Shown here: piece by piece, positions 38,978-50,964 of the stretch
Numbering within the stretch: the stretch's first letter is position 1
Layout of the letters: every line of letters begins with the position of its first letter
Assembly: GCA_963674785.1 (NCBI GenBank)
Contig: OY771555.1
Span: 1,536,001 to 1,600,000, forward strand
From: Caldisericia bacterium
GTDB lineage: Bacteria > Caldisericota > Caldisericia > JAAYUI01
Direction: 5' to 3'
Length of the DNA stretch: 64,000 nt
Translations under genes and position numbers: made by a program
The notes under the pieces: generated by a model
Seen by the model: the letters and a program-made list of their open reading frames with translations, nothing else
Database searches by the model: none
Told to the model about the DNA's origin: nothing

Positions 38978-40804
38978 TTAGTCTTGTGGTAATCGAATTG
39001 TAAAAACCGTTCCAGTGCTATCTGATGAGAATGAAATTCTTCCACCATGTGCCTTTATTATCTCATCACAGATTGACAATCCAAGGCCTGTACCTTCTGC
39101 TTTTGTTGTAAAGAATGGTGTAAAAATCATCACTGCATCATCTTCTGAGATTCCACTTCCAGTGTCTGTTATGTCTATGATGTGCCAGTTGCCTTCAGAG
39201 TAAGATTTGATGGTTAATGTTCCGCCAGTTTCCTTCATAGAGTCTCTGGCGTTGATTATGAGATTAAGGATAACCTGGTAAATTCTCTTTTCATCAACAT
39301 TTACCCACATATTGGGCTCTGTTTGTGTTATCACTTCGATGTTTGATGACTTAAGATTTACCTCTTCGTTGGTTACAGCCTCGTTCAGGATATTTGATAG
39401 GTCAATCCTTTGTCTTGAGAGTGGTTTTTGCTTAACAGATGAGAGAAGATCAGTGATAAGAGACTCCAGTCTGCTTACTTCTTTATCTATTCTTCCAAGA
39501 TATTTTTGTTGGTTTGGTTCAGTTACTTTCGAATTGAGAAGTTGGACAAACCCCTTTATTGATGTCAGGGGATTTCGCACTTCATGCGCAATTCCGCTTG
39601 TGAAAAGCCCAAGTCTCGCAAGAGATGCAGAACGCTCGGATTCAAGAGTATTGATAACAGATTCTGTCACATCTGATACAGCAAGAATTGCCTCTTTTTT
39701 ATTTCCAAGGTCAACTGGGATTGCCCTCATGTTGTAATATCTGTAACCTTTGTAAATCTTGATTCTTGTTGCACCACTACTCCAGATTGATCTTGAGACA
39801 ATCACGTCTCCAATGTTTTCTTTGGCGATTCTGCCAATTTCGCCCATTGTTTCAATGTCTTTATCAATTGTATCATCTCTTGATAAACCTGTGATTTTTA
39901 ACATTGAAGGATTTACTTCAAGTATTGTTAGGTTTGAATCAAGTACGGCAATTCCAGTTCCGACAGCATCAAGAACGCGTTCCGATCTACTCTTTGATTG
40001 AAGAAGGTCAAGAGCGAGCCTGTTTGCGGTGTCTGCAATCTCACCAAGTTCACCCGAAATTCTTGGGATAGGTTTGTGTAGGTTTTTTGATAGACTTGCG
40101 ATTCCAGTTTTTACTTTAAGGATTCCTGATGAAAGGTTGAAACCAAGAAGAAGAGCAAGAAGGACGCCGATTATGATTGTTATCCATACAGATAACCAGA
40201 TAGAGTTCTCGATGTTTTCAAGGTCTTCATCGAGTTGCTTGTATGATTGAGAGGCATATGAGACGACAAGTGGGGGTTTCCAGTCAGAATCCCCGAGAAG
40301 ATCGTTGACCAGCAATTCAGGGTTTTCGGGATATATGAGCTTAAGCTTCAATTGTCTTGGATACCATGCTGTTTCAAAACTGTCAGAATGGCTAATCAGA
40401 TTGTTGGGTCTTCCATTTTCGCCACCAACACTTATAAAACCAACTGAGGAAGACTCATATGAGTTGACAATTTTTTCTGCAATATCTTCAGATGTCCCCT
40501 CCCATCTTGAGTCTATATATGAGTCAATGAATTCTGAATCTGCCTCAATTCCAAGATCGGGTCTTGTTGAGACGATGCTTTGTATCTTTGACACAAAGCT
40601 ATCAGGAAGTTGTGAGGTTATGTATTCAAGTTTCTCGGTTCTCTCGGTAAGGAGTGTTTGCCTTGCCTGCTTGGATGCAACAAATCTGAACATGAAAGCT
40701 CCAAGCAAAACAAACAAAACCAGGAAGAAGACAATTTGAATCCTGATCGATGTTAAAAAGTACGGTAGCCTTTTTATTCGACCACCTCCAGGAGTTCTAA
40801 CCAA
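38978..40804 (-). CDS. Membrane sensor histidine kinase with PAS domain (AtoS/NtrB-like); no adjacent response regulator
   Basis: Two TMs, PAS-like region, H-box IAHEVRNPL, N-box NLIINARD, DTGSGI, PFFTTK and GTGLGL. True start may be ATA at 40777. Confidence 0.92.
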   Translation of the reverse strand: MVRTPGGGRIKRLPYFLTSIRIQIVFFLVLFVLLGAFMFRFVASKQARQTLLTERTEKLEYITSQLPDSFVSKIQSIVSTRPDLGIEADSEFIDSYIDSRWEGTSEDIAEKIVNSYESSSVGFISVGGENGRPNNLISHSDSFETAWYPRQLKLKLIYPENPELLVNDLLGDSDWKPPLVVSYASQSYKQLDEDLENIENSIWLSVWITIIIGVLLALLLGFNLSSGILKVKTGIASLSKNLHKPIPRISGELGEIADTANRLALDLLQSKSRSERVLDAVGTGIAVLDSNLTILEVNPSMLKITGLSRDDTIDKDIETMGEIGRIAKENIGDVIVSRSIWSSGATRIKIYKGYRYYNMRAIPVDLGNKKEAILAVSDVTESVINTLESERSASLARLGLFTSGIAHEVRNPLTSIKGFVQLLNSKVTEPNQQKYLGRIDKEVSRLESLITDLLSSVKQKPLSRQRIDLSNILNEAVTNEEVNLKSSNIEVITQTEPNMWVNVDEKRIYQVILNLIINARDSMKETGGTLTIKSYSEGNWHIIDITDTGSGISEDDAVMIFTPFFTTKAEGTGLGLSICDEIIKAHGGRISFSSDSTGTVFTIRLPQD

Positions 40805-41790
40805 TCTTCTGATACATTTCTGTTATCTCCGGCAACAATTGAAAGTGGAACCTCAACGATCTCATTCCGTTGCATTGCTGCCATTACACCTGATTTTCCC
40901 TGCATGAGCCATTTCATTGCGGTAATTCCAGACCTTAGTCCTAGAATCCTATCGAAAAGCGTTGGTGATCCTCCACGTTCAATATGTCCAAGTTTTGCAG
41001 AACGGGTAACAATCCCCGTTCTTTTGGAGATGATGTTTGCGACTTTTTCACCGACGTCTTTTTTTGCAAGGTTTTCATGACCAAATTCATCAATCTCTTC
41101 GCCGGTTGATTTGCCTATTTCAACTCCTTCAGATACTACGACTATGCCATATTTCTTTTCTTTATATGCCTCTTCAACTTTTTGAACTAAGGCATCCTCT
41201 GTCCAGTCTCTTTCGGGAATGAGTGTGTAGTCTGCGTATCCTCCAAGACCAGCGTAGAGTCCAACCCATCCAGCGTGGCGACCCATTACCTCAAGCACCA
41301 TTACTCTTCGGTGAGATTTTGCTGTATCTCTGAGCCTCATGATTGCGTCAATTGCAACGGTTGCTGCTGAATCAAAGCCGAAAGTAAAGTCAGTTCCTAC
41401 AAGGTCATTGTCCATTGTTTTAGGTATTCCGACAATTGGTAAACCTATTTCACAAAGCTTGGCAGATACTCCAAGTGTATCATCCCCACCAGCTGTCAGA
41501 AGACCGTCTAGTTTCAGGTTCTCAAATGTTTCTTTGACCCTGATTGCTCCACCTTCATGTTTGTATGGGTTTGTCCTTGATGTCCCAAGGATTGTCCCAC
41601 CCTGGCTCATGATGTCAGCAACTTCTTTTTTTGTGAGCTCAATGTAATCGGCATTCATCATACCATGCCAACCTTCGATCATCCCAAGTACTCTTGCTCC
41701 ATTCTTGAGTGCATAAAGGGTGGCACCATATATTGCGGGGTTTAATCCAGGGCAGTCCCCTCCGCCAGTTAGAATTGCGTAAGTTTTCAT
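40774..41790 (-). CDS. pfkA: 6-phosphofructokinase, PPi-type signature
   Basis: TGGGDCPGLN, GGDDT, PKTMDND and MGR motifs; GGDD plus PKT is the pyrophosphate-type signature. Confidence 0.93.
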   Translation of the reverse strand: MKTYAILTGGGDCPGLNPAIYGATLYALKNGARVLGMIEGWHGMMNADYIELTKKEVADIMSQGGTILGTSRTNPYKHEGGAIRVKETFENLKLDGLLTAGGDDTLGVSAKLCEIGLPIVGIPKTMDNDLVGTDFTFGFDSAATVAIDAIMRLRDTAKSHRRVMVLEVMGRHAGWVGLYAGLGGYADYTLIPERDWTEDALVQKVEEAYKEKKYGIVVVSEGVEIGKSTGEEIDEFGHENLAKKDVGEKVANIISKRTGIVTRSAKLGHIERGGSPTLFDRILGLRSGITAMKWLMQGKSGVMAAMQRNEIVEVPLSIVAGDNRNVSEDWLELLEVVE

Positions 41791-41806
41791 CTAGCCTCCG
41801 GTCAGA

Positions 41807-44800
41807 TTACCAATCGGTTTTCTGTTTTATTTCTATTTGAAATTCACCAACGAGGTTTCGTAATTTGGTCAAAACATCGTTGCAACAATTGATTTTAATT
41901 GGCTCATCGGTTTCAAGTATCACCTTTTTTCCGCTTTTGGATAACATAAGCTCAACTTCAGAATTCCCTTTGTTTTGGTCAAGTATTTCTTTAAGTTCGG
42001 GGATGAGGTGTGATTGTGTTTCAAGCTCAACAAGTATGCATACAAGAGGCGGGGCTTTTGATTTTTCAATTTGAAGTTCTTCTACAGTGATTCTTCTTAC
42101 AATTGAATTTGCAATAATCTTCGGTGTACCCTCTTGTTTTTCAAGTCTTCCTTCAAGAACAACTATGTTTTCACCGTCAAGGTATTTGTCGACCGAATCA
42201 TAGAATCTGCCAAATGCAATAACTGGGCATGAACCTGTGAGATCCTCAATTGTGAATCTTGCAACCATCGAACCCTTTTTTGATTTTTTTCGTTTTGCGT
42301 TTGTTATGAGTCCAATGACTCGAACACTAGAATCCTCTTCCATATCTTTCAGATCGGATAAATCAGTGTGGGCTTCTCTATTTATAATTGTTTCATATGG
42401 TCTTAAGGGGTGGTCTGACATGTAAAAGCCGAGAATCTCTTTTTCCATCTCAAGGATCTCTTCTTTTGTTGTTTTGGAAGCTTGGGACTGTTCAACGGCA
42501 GCAAAAAGTCCCGGGCCTTCTGATGAAGAGTTGCCCATATCATCAATGAGTTTTCCTCGGTCTTCCCCTAGCGAATCGAATGCACCAGCTTTTATAAGAC
42601 TTTCTGTCACTTTTTTATTGATGTTTGTTCCCTGGATTTGGAACTTATAATCTTGAAAGTCCTTGAATTTCCCACATTTTTCTCTTACCTGGATTATCGA
42701 ATCAACAGCAGCTGTGCCGACATTTTTAAGTGCACCGAGACCAAATCTGATTGCATCTCCTTCGATTGAGAATTCGATTTCTGACTTATTAATATCTGGA
42801 GGGAGAACCTCAATCCCAGCTCTTCTGCACTCCCTGTACATCTCACTGACTTTGTCCTCATTTCCAAGCTGTGAAGTGAGGATTGATGTGTAGAATTCAA
42901 TTTTATAGTGAGTTTTAAGATATGCCGTTCGATATGCAAGCACACCATAACAACTGGCGTGTGCCTTGTTGAAGCCATATCCTGCGAAAGGCTCGATAAA
43001 TTTAAAGACTTCTTCTGCAACTTCCTTTGTTTTCCCATTCTCAACTGCTTTTTTTAGGAAGTTTATCTTTTGTTGGTTGAGAAGCTCTGGAATCTTTTTT
43101 CCAACAGCTTTCCTGAGCAGGTCTGCCTGTCCAACCGTAAAACCCGCAAATTCGTTTGCAATTTGGAGGATTTGTTCCTGGTATACGGCAACACCATAGG
43201 TTGGCTCAAGAATAGGTTTGAGGCTTTCATCGAGGTATGTCGGAACAATTGTTCCGTGTTTTCCGCCGATGAATTTTGGAATCCACTCCATTGGACCTGG
43301 TCTAAAAAGAGCAACCATGGCGATAATATCTGAGAGTACTGTTGGTTTCAAATCGCGAAGATATCTTCTCATGCCTGATGATTCGAGTTGGAAGACCCCT
43401 GTAGTGTCGGCTTCCTGAAGTGTTTTATATGTCTGCTCATCATCAAGGGGAAGGTTTTCAGGATCAATCTTTTCACCACGATTGGACTCAATTATGTGAC
43501 ATGTCCTATCGATGACTGAAAGGTTTCTGAGTCCAAGGAAATCAACCTTCAAAATTCCAAGTTCTTCAACAGCGTTTTTTTCAAATTGGGTTACTCGTTT
43601 TCCCTCTTTATCAAGCTGAACGGGAACATAACAAGACAAGGGTTTGTCTGCCATAACAACACCAGCAGCATGGGTTGAGAAGTTTCTCACAATCCCCTGA
43701 AGTCTCTTTGCTGTTCTGAAGAGCTGTTCGTGTTCCTTCTGGCTGGACATTTCCTTAAGGAACGGAACGGTTGATAAAGCTTCATCAAGGTCGGTTCCGA
43801 AAGGGACAGCCTTTGCGATTTTGTCCATATCCCCGTAGCTGTAGTTTAATGCTCTTCCGACATCTCTAAGAACGGCACGGGCTTCCATTCGACCGAAGGT
43901 TGCAACTTGAGCAACAGAATCCTCACCATATTTTTGTGTGACGTATTTGATGACTTCATCTCGTCTGGTATCGTCAAAATCAATATCAAAATCAGGCGGT
44001 GATACACGGTCTGGATTCAAGAATCTTTCAAAGAAAAGACCATATTCGAGTGGATTGAGGTCTGTAATATCAAGACAGTAGGAGACAAGTGATGCTGCTC
44101 CTGAGCCTCTTCCTGGGCCCACTGGAATGTGCTGGTCTTTTGCATATTTTATGAAATCCCAGACAACCAAGAAATAGTCAATAAATCCAGTTTCTTCGAT
44201 GATGCCCATCTCATATTTGATTCTGTCAACTATTTCATGGGTAATCTTATCACCAAAACGTCTCTTTGTACCTTCGTGGATTCGATCTTCAAGGAATTGC
44301 TTATGGGCAGCAGGGTCGTCAGATTCAATGTCTTTGAATTTTGGAGGGTGAGGGACTCCAAGCTCAATTTCGACGTTGCAGCGTTCGGCAATTTCAAGCG
44401 TGCCACTTATTGCCTCAGGTATCCAATCAAACTGTTGTTTCATCTCCTCGGCTGTTTTGATGTAAAACCCCGACCCTGAAAAACGCATTCTGTCAGGATC
44501 ATCCTTTTTTGAGAGGGTCTGAACACAAAGTAAAGTGTCGTGAGCGTCTGCATCTTCGCCATCAAGATAATGAGCATCCTGGGCAGCAATGACTGGGAGA
44601 TTATATTTTTTGGAAAGCTCAACAAGTTTTGGTAGAGCCCTAATTTCTTCTTGTATGCCGTGGTCTTGAAGCTCTATCCACAGTCTTCCAGGAAAGATAT
44701 CCATATAGGTTTTGAGAGCTTTTTCTGCACCTTCAACATCACCACTGACAAGTTTGCTTGGCACTTCACCAGCAATACATGCGGTTGTTGCGAGGATTCC

Positions 44801-45178
44801 ATCTGAATATTTTGCTAAGGTTTCGTAGTCTAATCTCGGTTTATAATAGAACCCTCTAGTGTGTGATTCTGAAACAAGATGCATGAGATTTTCATACCCC
44901 TTGTTATTTTCTGCAAGAAGGATCAGATGATAATAGCTTGAGCCTGCGGTTTTTCTGTCCATCCCTTCGGGGGCAATATATGCCTCCACTCCCATGATGG
45001 GTTTTACTTCATATTTTTTACAGGCTTTGTAAAAGTCGATTGCACCGTACATGACACCATGGTCAGTCAGTGCAATCGCTGGCATGTTTAGCTGTTTAGC
45101 TTTGGCTGCCATCTCATAAACCTTGATGGCGCCGTCTAAAATTGAATATTCCGAATGATTATGTAGGTGTACAAACAT
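41807..45178 (-). CDS. dnaE: DNA polymerase III alpha subunit
   Basis: PHP domain (HLHNHSEYSILDG), GRGSGA, PDFDIDF, KVDFLGL, YGFNKAH and OB fold. Confidence 0.98.
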   Translation of the reverse strand: MFVHLHNHSEYSILDGAIKVYEMAAKAKQLNMPAIALTDHGVMYGAIDFYKACKKYEVKPIMGVEAYIAPEGMDRKTAGSSYYHLILLAENNKGYENLMHLVSESHTRGFYYKPRLDYETLAKYSDGILATTACIAGEVPSKLVSGDVEGAEKALKTYMDIFPGRLWIELQDHGIQEEIRALPKLVELSKKYNLPVIAAQDAHYLDGEDADAHDTLLCVQTLSKKDDPDRMRFSGSGFYIKTAEEMKQQFDWIPEAISGTLEIAERCNVEIELGVPHPPKFKDIESDDPAAHKQFLEDRIHEGTKRRFGDKITHEIVDRIKYEMGIIEETGFIDYFLVVWDFIKYAKDQHIPVGPGRGSGAASLVSYCLDITDLNPLEYGLFFERFLNPDRVSPPDFDIDFDDTRRDEVIKYVTQKYGEDSVAQVATFGRMEARAVLRDVGRALNYSYGDMDKIAKAVPFGTDLDEALSTVPFLKEMSSQKEHEQLFRTAKRLQGIVRNFSTHAAGVVMADKPLSCYVPVQLDKEGKRVTQFEKNAVEELGILKVDFLGLRNLSVIDRTCHIIESNRGEKIDPENLPLDDEQTYKTLQEADTTGVFQLESSGMRRYLRDLKPTVLSDIIAMVALFRPGPMEWIPKFIGGKHGTIVPTYLDESLKPILEPTYGVAVYQEQILQIANEFAGFTVGQADLLRKAVGKKIPELLNQQKINFLKKAVENGKTKEVAEEVFKFIEPFAGYGFNKAHASCYGVLAYRTAYLKTHYKIEFYTSILTSQLGNEDKVSEMYRECRRAGIEVLPPDINKSEIEFSIEGDAIRFGLGALKNVGTAAVDSIIQVREKCGKFKDFQDYKFQIQGTNINKKVTESLIKAGAFDSLGEDRGKLIDDMGNSSSEGPGLFAAVEQSQASKTTKEEILEMEKEILGFYMSDHPLRPYETIINREAHTDLSDLKDMEEDSSVRVIGLITNAKRKKSKKGSMVARFTIEDLTGSCPVIAFGRFYDSVDKYLDGENIVVLEGRLEKQEGTPKIIANSIVRRITVEELQIEKSKAPPLVCILVELETQSHLIPELKEILDQNKGNSEVELMLSKSGKKVILETDEPIKINCCNDVLTKLRNLVGEFQIEIKQKTDW

Positions 45179-45187
45179 CGTTTGGTA

Positions 45188-46507
45188 TTATATACCAAAT
45201 TCTTTTTCAATTCGATTGGCGGTTTCGTTAACAACTCTCTGACACTCATCTTTTGATGGAGATTCGGCCATTACTCTAATTTTTGGTTCAGTTCCAGATG
45301 GTCTTATTAAAACTCTCCCGCTTCCTGAAAACTGTTTTGTTCCCCACTCATTGAGTTCAGGGATGATTCCAGAATCAAGAACCGCTTGTTTGTCTTTCAC
45401 TATCACGTTGATCAGAAATTGAGGGTAGGTTGGAATTTTTCCTGCGAGAGTTGAAAGGTTTCCGCTAAGGTTTTCTATTGCCTCAAGGAGAGAAATTGCT
45501 GTTACAAGTCCATCCCCAGTTGTTCCGCGGTCAGCAACGATGACATGTCCGGATTGTTCACCACCAAGGTTTGAACCAGTTTCCTTCATCTCTTTCCAAA
45601 CGTATCTGTCGCCGACTTGTGTTCTTTTCATTGAAATATTCAGTGATTTCAGGTAATCGGCAAGGCCACCATTGCTCATGACGGTAGCTATCATCAAATC
45701 GTTTGGAAGTCGGTTTTGCTTTTGAAGAGAGGTTGCGATAATCCCCATGATCTTGTCACCGTCAACAATATCACCATTTTCATCGACTGCAATACATCTA
45801 TCACCATCGCCATCGAAGGAAAAACCAGCAACCACATCATCATTTTCTTTCACGAGCTTGGAGGCGGTCTCCGGGTGCGTTGCGCCACAGTTTGTATTTA
45901 TTCTGTCTCCATCATTGCTTGCTGCAAACTCGATAACCTCTGCCCCTAATGATTTAAAAAGTTTTGGAGCAATACTGTATGTTGCACCAAAGGCACAATC
46001 GATTGCTATCTTTTTCCCTGAAAGATTCAATGATGTAGTCTTTAACAGATGACCGAGATAATCATCTTGTAGTGACTCTTCATATCTGCATTCAAAGCCT
46101 TGGTATTCAGAATCAAAACCATTGAGTTTTGCCTCAATCGCGTTTTCCTGCTCGTCTGTGAGTTTTTCTCCGGATGAACTGAAGAATTTAATTCCGTTGT
46201 ATTCAGCGGGATTGTGTGATGCTGAAATCACAACACCCATTGATTTTCTGGTTTTGCATATATGAGCAATACCGGGTGTTGGAATGACACCAACAGAAAC
46301 AACATCCCAACCTTCGGATTTGAATCCATGACAGACTGCATTTTCGATGTCTGGCCCAGAGAGTCTTGTGTCTCTACCTATAAAAAGAGTCGAGTTCTCA
46401 GATGAAAACTCGACTGCCGTTGCTTTTGAGACTTGAGCGACCAGTTTCTCGGTCAACTCTTTGTAGGCGATTCCTCTGATACCGTCGGTACCAAAAAACT
46501 TGCCCAT
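45188..46507 (-). CDS. glmM: Phosphoglucosamine mutase
   Basis: FGTDGIRG, SASHNP, DGDGDR, GGEQSGH and RPSGTEP motifs. Confidence 0.96.
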   Translation of the reverse strand: MGKFFGTDGIRGIAYKELTEKLVAQVSKATAVEFSSENSTLFIGRDTRLSGPDIENAVCHGFKSEGWDVVSVGVIPTPGIAHICKTRKSMGVVISASHNPAEYNGIKFFSSSGEKLTDEQENAIEAKLNGFDSEYQGFECRYEESLQDDYLGHLLKTTSLNLSGKKIAIDCAFGATYSIAPKLFKSLGAEVIEFAASNDGDRINTNCGATHPETASKLVKENDDVVAGFSFDGDGDRCIAVDENGDIVDGDKIMGIIATSLQKQNRLPNDLMIATVMSNGGLADYLKSLNISMKRTQVGDRYVWKEMKETGSNLGGEQSGHVIVADRGTTGDGLVTAISLLEAIENLSGNLSTLAGKIPTYPQFLINVIVKDKQAVLDSGIIPELNEWGTKQFSGSGRVLIRPSGTEPKIRVMAESPSKDECQRVVNETANRIEKEFGI

Positions 46508-46860
46508 TAATTGAGTTTTGACTTTGCAAGCTCAACGAGTTTGGTGAATGCGTTTGGATCTTCGATTGCAAGTCTTGCAAGGATTTTTCTGTCTGTTTCA
46601 TATTCAGCAAGTTTGAGACCATTGATGAATCTTGAATATGAGATTCCATTCTCTCTTGTTGCTGCATTGATTCTTGTGATCCAGAGTCTTCTGAAGTCTC
46701 TCTTTTTGTTTCTTCTGTGGATGAATGCAGATCTTTCAGCGTGTAAGACAGCTTCGTTTGCAACTCTAAATCTTTTGTGTGCGGCACCAAAAAAACCTTT
46801 GGCTCGCTTGAGTACCTTTTTATGTCTCTTTCTTGCTGTGACTCCTGTTTTGATTCTCAT
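46507..46860 (-). CDS. rplT: 50S ribosomal protein L20
   Basis: [14 protein letters not shown] and [15 protein letters not shown] motifs. Confidence 0.98.
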   Translation of the reverse strand: MRIKTGVTARKRHKKVLKRAKGFFGAAHKRFRVANEAVLHAERSAFIHRRNKKRDFRRLWITRINAATRENGISYSRFINGLKLAEYETDRKILARLAIEDPNAFTKLVELAKSKLN

Positions 46861-46861
46861 G

Positions 46862-47104
46862 TTACATACCTCTTACTGTCTTATTGATTCTTCTACCTTT
46901 AACTCCATTTGGTAAAAGGGCTTTTGTCATTTTTAAAATTGCATCATTTGATGTTTTTTTACACATCTTGAATTTTAAGGTTTTACCTGATTTTTTTCTT
47001 CTGATGTGAGATGCTCCAGCACTCTGATTAACAAGCTTTCCTGAGCCTGTAAGTCTGTACCTTTTCTTTGCTGAACTCTTGGTCTTTGCCTTCAACTTAG
47101 CCAT
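46862..47104 (-). CDS. rpmI: 50S ribosomal protein L35
   Basis: [17 protein letters not shown]; lies between infC and rplT. Confidence 0.92.
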   Translation of the reverse strand: MAKLKAKTKSSAKKRYRLTGSGKLVNQSAGASHIRRKKSGKTLKFKMCKKTSNDAILKMTKALLPNGVKGRRINKTVRGM

Positions 47105-47666
47105 TTTCAGTAGTCTCCTTCTTTTTGTGAGGTGCGATAATCATGTGCATTCTTCTGCCATCCATCCTTGGCTGATGCTCAACGAACCCCAAACTTTCAA
47201 CTTCGTCTGCAATCTCTTGAAGCATGTCAAATCCACGCTGTTTGTGGATCATTTCTCTTCCACGGAAACGAATGACAACTTTTGCTTTGTTTCCGTTTAG
47301 AAGGAACCTTCTGACATGTCCAAGCTTTGTCTTGAAATCGCCAACATCAACAGAAAGCCTGAACTGCATTTCTTTGATATCTGCGTGAACTTGCTTACGT
47401 CTGTTCTCTTTTGCTTTTTTTTCAAGTTCGTAGCGATATTTCCCGTAGTCTAAAATCTTACATACTGGGGGATCACTATTTGGTGAAATCTCAACCAGAT
47501 CTAGACCTGCAAGCGTTGCTCTTTCTATGGCGTCATAAACACTTACAACCCCAACCTGGTTTCCGACTTCGTCAATAAGTCTCACATTTGGAACTCGAAT
47601 CTCTTTGTTGACTCGAAGAGTATTACGTTTCTTGTTCCTTCTATCATCGAATCTTCTATTGTCTAT
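47097..47666 (-). CDS. infC: Translation initiation factor IF-3 (probable ATA start)
   Basis: VRLIDEVG, LDLVEISP, PPVCKILDYGKY and FRGRE motifs. GGAGG lies 5 nt before an in-frame ATA at 47666, typical of infC autoregulation. Confidence 0.96.
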   Translation of the reverse strand: MDNRRFDDRRNKKRNTLRVNKEIRVPNVRLIDEVGNQVGVVSVYDAIERATLAGLDLVEISPNSDPPVCKILDYGKYRYELEKKAKENRRKQVHADIKEMQFRLSVDVGDFKTKLGHVRRFLLNGNKAKVVIRFRGREMIHKQRGFDMLQEIADEVESLGFVEHQPRMDGRRMHMIIAPHKKKETTENG

Positions 47667-47674
47667 TTTATCCT

Positions 47675-47800
47675 CCATTATCGCATGCAAAAATGCGACA
47701 AAACAAATAAAAAGTCATTTCTCAGACTGTGCGTACCGCGTTTCGTCAAGACCTGAGGATTATATACCGCCAGGTGGGTGCCAACACCACTTGACCACGT
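47675..47800 (-). promoter_or_regulatory. Putative L20 ribosomal-protein leader
   Basis: Upstream of infC-rpmI-rplT; minus strand GCACCCACCUGGCGG...CCUCAGGUC stem plus a UCGCAU/AUGCGA hairpin next to the SD. Confidence 0.45.
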
Positions 47801-47912
47801 ATTTTTCATGACTATGAAAAAAAGTCAAGAAAATTGAACACATATAATCGTATTTATATCTAGCAGTGCTAGAATCCGTGAAGATTATGTAAATCCTTCA
47901 GGAGAAAAATAA

Positions 47913-50912
<3,000 letters not shown>

Positions 50913-50964
50913 CTTCACAAATTCCTGAATATCTGTATACTTCAGTCATGAATTGGAGGATATG

